A stretch of DNA of 11,953 bases from Candidatus Krumholzibacteriota bacterium. Lineage in GTDB: Bacteria > Krumholzibacteriota > Krumholzibacteriia > LZORAL124-64-63. Within the stretch, counting starts at the first letter, position 1, and every line of letters starts with the position of its first letter. Position numbers and translations under genes: made by a program. The notes below the pieces were generated by a model. That model saw nothing but the letters and a program-made list of their open reading frames with translations, was not told the DNA's origin and searched no databases. The stretch spans positions 1 to 11,953 of the forward strand of contig JBDLKA010000102.1 in NCBI GenBank assembly GCA_039714075.1. The letters run 5' to 3'. Shown here piece after piece: positions 7,082 through 11,953 of the stretch.

Positions 7082-7738
7082 TTGGCTGAAAACTACGACA
7101 GCACCTATGAAGAGGACGAGGCGGTGTTCGGCGAGAAAGAGTCGCACCTGCTGGAAAAGTGCGCCGAAATCATCCCCGAGGGCGCCCGGGTGCTGGATCT
7201 GGGCGTGGGGCAGGGACGCAACGCCTTTCCGCTAGCCCGGTTGGGTTACCAGGTGACGGGAATCGACACCTCGCAGGTGTCCGTCGATACGGTGAACCGT
7301 CTGGCCAAAGAGGAAAAGCTGCCCGTCGAGGCCATCCTCCAGGATTTCATGAATTTCGAGCCGGACCGCAGCTTTGACGTGGTCCTGTGTTTCGGACTCA
7401 TGCAGATGCTGGACCTGCAGGGCTGTGCCTCGCTGATCGAACGGCTCCACCACTGGACTCGGCCCGGCGGCGTGCTTTTCCTGACCGCCTGGCATATCGA
7501 CGACCCGTCCTTCGACACCTGTTGCAAGGATTGGGAACGGCGCAGCGGCCGCACCTTCCGCTCTGCGGACGGGGAGATGAACCGTCTTTTCCTGGAAAGC
7601 GGGGAAATCCTCAAGCTGTTCTTCCGCTGGGAGGTCGTGCACCACTGGGAGGGGCTGGGCAAGCCCCACAAGCACGGCGCCGGGAAGGAAGAGCGGCACG
7701 GCGAGGTCGAAGCGGTGCTCATCCGGCCGAAAAAATGA
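7082..7738 (+). CDS. Class I SAM-dependent methyltransferase (TehB-like)
   Basis: TTG start 13 nt after the upstream stop. Motif I VLDLGVGQGRN, then VTGIDTS, FDVVLC and TRPGG. Confidence 0.9.
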   Translation: MAENYDSTYEEDEAVFGEKESHLLEKCAEIIPEGARVLDLGVGQGRNAFPLARLGYQVTGIDTSQVSVDTVNRLAKEEKLPVEAILQDFMNFEPDRSFDVVLCFGLMQMLDLQGCASLIERLHHWTRPGGVLFLTAWHIDDPSFDTCCKDWERRSGRTFRSADGEMNRLFLESGEILKLFFRWEVVHHWEGLGKPHKHGAGKEERHGEVEAVLIRPKK

Positions 7739-7817
7739 GTTTTCATATTTCAGCTGATATCATTATTCAGAAACTGATAATAAATTAACAGAATAACTGG
7801 TATCCCCCTTGGGGGTG

Positions 7818-7826
7818 TGGTATACT
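7818..7826 (+). promoter_or_regulatory. Extended -10 promoter (TGnTATACT) for the ACT-domain gene
   Basis: TG at 7818-7819 and TATACT at 7821-7826, in an AT-rich intergenic region. The -35 position (TGGTAT) is weak. Confidence 0.55.
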
Positions 7827-8007
7827 CAAATTGCCAGTACATTGGGTATATGGCGCAAACATTTTTCCGGCGGTCTCGTAGTCTGTAGTACCCCGGCTTT
7901 GATCCAATCGGCCGCAAACTCAGGCTGGCGGGATGCACCAACCGGAACCGCACCCCACGCGGATTCGGACGGCACGGCAGCATGCCGCAAAGCAAGGAAG
8001 GTGCCGC

Positions 8008-8487
8008 ATGACGGCCAATATCTACTCGGTGGACTACTACTACACCACGGTCGAGGACCAACCCGGCCAAGGCTGCCGGTTTCTGGAAACCCTGGCCTCC
8101 GAAGAGGTCAATCTGATCGCATTCAACGCGTTTCCGGTGGGCAGGGACCGGACCCAGCTGGTCATCTACCCCCTGAACGCCACCTGGCTGGGCGACCTGG
8201 CCCGCAACCAGGGCCTGCGGCTGGTGGGGCCCCACCACGCCTTCATCATCCATGGTGACGACGAATTGGGCGCCCTGGTTTCCATCCACCAGAAACTCTG
8301 TGACGCCAGCATCAACGTGTCGAGCGCCAACGGGATCACCGATGGTCGCGGCGGCTACCGCTACATCATGCACGTGCATCCGGATGATTATCAACGGGCC
8401 ATGGAGATCCTGGACGTGGACCAGAACATGAAATCCCTGGCGGATTTCCATCTGGAACTGCACCGCAGGTTCGAGCACAAGGGCTGA
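8008..8487 (+). CDS. Stand-alone tandem ACT-domain protein (159 aa)
   Basis: ATG 8008 preceded by AAGGAAGG. Two ACT-like repeats: VEDQPGQGCRFLETLASEEVNLIAF and GDDELGALVSIHQKLCDASINVSS. Confidence 0.8.
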   Translation: MTANIYSVDYYYTTVEDQPGQGCRFLETLASEEVNLIAFNAFPVGRDRTQLVIYPLNATWLGDLARNQGLRLVGPHHAFIIHGDDELGALVSIHQKLCDASINVSSANGITDGRGGYRYIMHVHPDDYQRAMEILDVDQNMKSLADFHLELHRRFEHKG

Positions 8488-8671
8488 TTTCGGGTCCTGG
8501 GGCCACGTTTCCGCCTGGATGAACGCGGTTCGTGGTTGCGCCGTCTGGTTGCCATTTCGAACTCCTGCCGCAAATCCCCTTGAATATTTCCGGGTTCTGA
8601 CCGTCAATTATCGGTGCATACGGGATGACGATATTCGGGGCTCCAAATTCCGGGACCATTTGTGACCAATC

Positions 8672-10222
8672 ATGGCCGATAAACGCAACCGAATCCTGAT
8701 GGCGCTGATCATCCTGGCCTTTTTCGCCGGGACCCTGGCTCTCAGCCGCCAACGGACCATCGACGGCGACGAGGGATACTACGCCACCGCCGCCCGTCTG
8801 GTCAGCGAGGGCAAGACCCCGTACCTGGATTTTTTCTATCCCCAGATGCCGTTGCTGCCCTACATCTACGCGCCGGCCTACAAGCTGGCGGGATCCTCAC
8901 TGGCGAACATGCGCCTGATGTCGGTGGCCGCGGGGGTTCTTGCGGTGGTTTTGTGGGGTTTGATGCTGCGCCGCCGCCGGCCCGAACATGCCGGCATCCT
9001 TCTGGCGGGATTGGCCCTGGTGGCCATGAATCCCTACTTCCTGTCCTGGAACGTCACGGTCAAGACCTACGCCCTGACCAACCTGGCGGTTTTCGGCGCC
9101 TGGTGGGCCTTGGACCGAGGGCTGCATTCGCGGCGGCTTTGGTGGTTCGCCGCGGCGGGCCTGGCGGCCGGCCTGGGTGTCGGCGTGCGTCTTTTGTATC
9201 TGCCCTGGGCCGGGATGCTGGCGCTGGCGTTGGGCTGGCTCCAGTGGCGGGAAGGCGGCCGGGGCTTTCGCCTGGGAAACATGGCGGCTTACCTGGCGGG
9301 TCTGGTGCTGGGGTTGGCCCCGTCGATGGTATTTTTCGCGCTGGACCCGGACCGCTTCCACTTCAACAACCTGGCCTACCACCAACTCAGGTACAGTTTT
9401 CTGGTCAAGGACGGGGTTGGTCTGGGCGGTCGGGTCCTGGCCGCGATTTCCGCCCTGGGCAAGGCCCTGTTCCTGAATCCTTTCATGGTGTTCCAGCTGA
9501 TCCTGGTGGGCTTCGGCATCGATTGGATCAGGCGCAATCCCGGCAACCCGCTGCGACCCCTGGTGATTATTTCGGGCTTCGGCGCGGCCGCCCACACGGT
9601 GGCCTGCCTGTTTCCCGATCCGGTCTACGAGCAGTACTTCACCGGCCCCTTGACTCCCCTGCTGGCCCCGCTGGTGGTGGCCGGACTGGTTCGCGTGGTG
9701 GGTTTGGTAAAAAAACCGGGGCCCGTTATTGCGGGTGTCCTGGTATTGGCGGCGGTCTTGTCGGTGGTGGATCTGCAGGTCCGGAAAACGGGGATGGACT
9801 GGGAGGAGGTGTGGACCTTCGAACACCTGGCCAAGGTGAGCGCGGCCATCGAAGCCCGCACCGAGCCGGATGATGTGGTCATGGCCTTCTGGCCCGGTTA
9901 TGTGTTCGAGACGGGGCGGGAATATCTTCGCGGTCTGGAAAACCAGTTCGCCCTGGGGGTTTCGGAAAAGCTGGACCTCGTTCAGAAAGACCACTATCAC
10001 GTGGCGGGCAAGGAACTGGTCCTCATGGCGTTCGATATGCAGTATCCCGAGGTGGTGGTGCTTGGCGCCTGGATGCACGAGCTGAACACCACCATCGACC
10101 AGAGGCATTTGCCGATCATTCTGGAAGAGCTGGAGGCGAAGTATGAACTCCGGGAATATTACGGGGAGTCGAAAGTTTTGACCCGCAAGGCGGTCCCCGA
10201 CGGAAAAGCGGACGCACCCTGA
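8672..10222 (+). CDS. GT-C fold glycosyltransferase (ArnT/PMT_2, GT39/GT83-like), polytopic membrane protein
   Basis: TM1 followed by DGDEGYYATAARLV..PYLDFFYPQMPLLPYIYA (conserved DE loop), many hydrophobic helices, and a C-terminal soluble domain (..EPDDVVMAFW..PEVVVL..). Confidence 0.85.
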   Translation: MADKRNRILMALIILAFFAGTLALSRQRTIDGDEGYYATAARLVSEGKTPYLDFFYPQMPLLPYIYAPAYKLAGSSLANMRLMSVAAGVLAVVLWGLMLRRRRPEHAGILLAGLALVAMNPYFLSWNVTVKTYALTNLAVFGAWWALDRGLHSRRLWWFAAAGLAAGLGVGVRLLYLPWAGMLALALGWLQWREGGRGFRLGNMAAYLAGLVLGLAPSMVFFALDPDRFHFNNLAYHQLRYSFLVKDGVGLGGRVLAAISALGKALFLNPFMVFQLILVGFGIDWIRRNPGNPLRPLVIISGFGAAAHTVACLFPDPVYEQYFTGPLTPLLAPLVVAGLVRVVGLVKKPGPVIAGVLVLAAVLSVVDLQVRKTGMDWEEVWTFEHLAKVSAAIEARTEPDDVVMAFWPGYVFETGREYLRGLENQFALGVSEKLDLVQKDHYHVAGKELVLMAFDMQYPEVVVLGAWMHELNTTIDQRHLPIILEELEAKYELREYYGESKVLTRKAVPDGKADAP

Positions 10223-10237
10223 CAGACCGGGCCTTTC

Positions 10238-10266
10238 TTGCCGGGTGTGGCCGCCTCTGCTAAGTT
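10238..10266 (+). promoter_or_regulatory. Putative sigma70 promoter for the UbiD-family operon
   Basis: TTGCCG (10238-10243), 17 nt, TAAGTT (10261-10266), with an extended TG at 10258-10259. SD AAGGA lies before ATG 10316. Confidence 0.55.
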
Positions 10267-10315
10267 TTGGTGACTTTGGCGCCCGATCCCTGACAAATTC
10301 CACCAAGGAAACCCA

Positions 10316-11884
10316 ATGGCCCAGTCGAACGCCGCCGGCATCCCCACCCGGGACCTCCAATCCTTCATTCGCTTTCTCGAGGATAAGGGCGAGCTGATCC
10401 GGATCAGCGAACCGGTGGACCCCCATCTGGAGGTCACCGAAATCGCCGACCGTTTCGTCAAGGACGGCGAAAATCCCGCCCTGCTGTTCGAAAATCCGGT
10501 GCCGGGAAAACTGAGCGCGGCGGCCGGCCGCACCGAAGCGGCCCTGAACGCCGAGGGAAAACCAGTGCCGCTGCTGATCAACCTGTTCGCCAGCCGGCAG
10601 CGCATGGCCTGGGCGCTGGGTTGTGAGAGTATCGAGGAGGCCGTCGCGAAGATCGAAGAGCCCTTGAAGATGGGCCCGCCTGAAGGCCTGTGGGACAAGG
10701 TGCGCATGCTGGGCAAGCTCAAGGGCTGGGGCGAAGCGATGCCCAAAAGCGTGGGCAAGGGCGCCTGCCAGGATATCGTGATCCAGGGCGAGGATCTGCA
10801 GCGGCGCGGCCTGCTGGACGTGATGCCGGTGCTGACCACCTGGCCGAAGGACGGCGGGCCGTACATCACCCTGCCCCTGGTGATCACGCGCAACCCGGAG
10901 AACGACCGGCGCAACATCGGCATGTACCGCATGCAGGTGTTCGACGGCGTGACGACGGGAATGCACTGGCAGATCCACAAGACCGGCGCCGCCCATTACG
11001 CCGAATACGAGAAAAGCGGCGAGCGGATGCCCGTCTGCGTGGCGGTCGGCGGTCCTCCGGCGCTGACCTACGCGGCCACGGCGCCGTTGCCGCCGGACAT
11101 CGACGAGGCTATGTTCGCGGGATTTCTTACCGGTGAACCTGTGCCTATGACCAAAGCCGTGACCTGCGATCTGGAGGTGCCGGCCGAAGCGGACTTCGTG
11201 ATCGAAGGCTACGTCGAGCCGGGCGAGCGTCGCACAGAAGGCGACTTCGGCGACCACACCGGCTTCTACAGTTTGGCCGAGGAGTTTCCGGTCTTCCATG
11301 TGACGGCCATTACCAGCCGGCGCGATCCCGTCTACCTGACCACCATCGTCGGCGTGCCGCCCATGGAGGACGGCTGGCTGGGCATGGCCACCGAGCGCCT
11401 GTTCCTGCCGCTGCTGCGTGTGCCCTTGCCCGAAGTGGTGGACTACCATCTGCCGGTGGCCGCCTGTTTCCACAACCTTGTCATCATCAGCATCAAGAAG
11501 AGGTATCCCGGCCACGCGCGGAAGGTGTGCCAGGCGCTGTGGGGCACCGGGCAGATCATGTTCACCAAGGTCGTGGTGGTCGTCGACGAAGATGTGAACG
11601 TTCACGACATGAACGAGGTCCTGTGGCGCGTGAGCAATGCGGTGGATCCGGCGCGCGACACCTTCTTTTCCGAGGGTCCGGTGGACCAGCTAGACCACAC
11701 CACCAATCTGCCCTGCTACGGCGGCAAGATGGGCATCGACGCCACCCGCAAGATGCAGGGCGAACAGGGTTTCGAGCGCGAGTGGCCGCCCATCGTGGAG
11801 ATGGACCCGAGGGTCAAGGACGAGGTCGACCGCAAGTGGGCCGACCTGTTGGGCGGGTTGGGCGGATCGTCAGGAAACCGATGA
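10316..11884 (+). CDS. ubiD: UbiD-family prFMN-dependent decarboxylase, most like the futalosine-pathway menaquinone decarboxylase (MqnL/SCO4490 type)
   Basis: DLQSFIRFLEDKGELIRI, PALLFEN, WPKDGGPYIT, RNIGMYRMQV, MHWQIHK, EGDFGDHTGFYS, GVPPMEDGWLGMATERLFLP, SIKKRYPGHARK, GPVDQLDH, GKMGIDATRK. Confidence 0.93.
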   Translation: MAQSNAAGIPTRDLQSFIRFLEDKGELIRISEPVDPHLEVTEIADRFVKDGENPALLFENPVPGKLSAAAGRTEAALNAEGKPVPLLINLFASRQRMAWALGCESIEEAVAKIEEPLKMGPPEGLWDKVRMLGKLKGWGEAMPKSVGKGACQDIVIQGEDLQRRGLLDVMPVLTTWPKDGGPYITLPLVITRNPENDRRNIGMYRMQVFDGVTTGMHWQIHKTGAAHYAEYEKSGERMPVCVAVGGPPALTYAATAPLPPDIDEAMFAGFLTGEPVPMTKAVTCDLEVPAEADFVIEGYVEPGERRTEGDFGDHTGFYSLAEEFPVFHVTAITSRRDPVYLTTIVGVPPMEDGWLGMATERLFLPLLRVPLPEVVDYHLPVAACFHNLVIISIKKRYPGHARKVCQALWGTGQIMFTKVVVVVDEDVNVHDMNEVLWRVSNAVDPARDTFFSEGPVDQLDHTTNLPCYGGKMGIDATRKMQGEQGFEREWPPIVEMDPRVKDEVDRKWADLLGGLGGSSGNR

Positions 11885-11953
11885 ACGATTTCCAGGACAT
11901 CCACGGCCGCAAGGCCGGTTCCTGGGCCGTGCGCGACGAGCAGGCCCACGGGC
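11881..11953 (+). CDS. 5' fragment of the next gene, translationally coupled to ubiD; product not identifiable
   Basis: ATGA overlap with the ubiD stop, AGGA upstream, open frame MNDFQDIHGRKAGSWAVRDEQAHG to the window edge. Confidence 0.55.
   Translation, partial: MNDFQDIHGRKAGSWAVRDEQAHG

Noticed and set aside
7850..7995. c-di-GMP-I (GEMM) riboswitch suggested by GCAAAC/CGCAAAGC motifs
   Set aside because: No GNRA-capped stem or tetraloop receptor at the right spacing.
8897..11605. 902-aa minus-strand ORF (and similar shadows 5542-6780 and 7750-8607)
   Set aside because: They overlap well-supported + strand genes and are typical GC-rich antisense frames.

Overview
GC-rich bacterial window, probably from the Latescibacterota/Krumholzibacteriota-like FCB-adjacent lineages (inferred from one protein tail, not proven). 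Left to right: (1) a minus-strand isocitrate/isopropylmalate-family dehydrogenase running off the left edge; (2) an accessory-looking zone (~1190-5430) with two AT-rich secreted-protein genes, each directly preceded by an IS3-family remnant, flanking a native-GC minus-strand gene that looks like a surface domain fused to an outer-membrane beta-barrel; (3) plus-strand genes for a 5'-nucleotidase, a class I SAM methyltransferase, a tandem-ACT protein, an ArnT/PMT-like GT-C glycosyltransferase, a UbiD-family (MqnL-like) decarboxylase, and the start of a translationally coupled next gene. Most interesting: a short C-terminal tail (VPVEKTNLGSIKAMFR) that may be an uncharacterised sorting signal, a 19/20 direct repeat (2055/5270) that keeps an in-frame gene end in both copies, the barrel fusion protein, a dehydrogenase pairing a homoisocitrate-DH-like substrate loop with an NADP-type KY motif, and a complex regulatory region upstream of the ACT gene. 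No rRNA, tRNA or CRISPR array was seen. All family calls come from motif recognition, not database searches.
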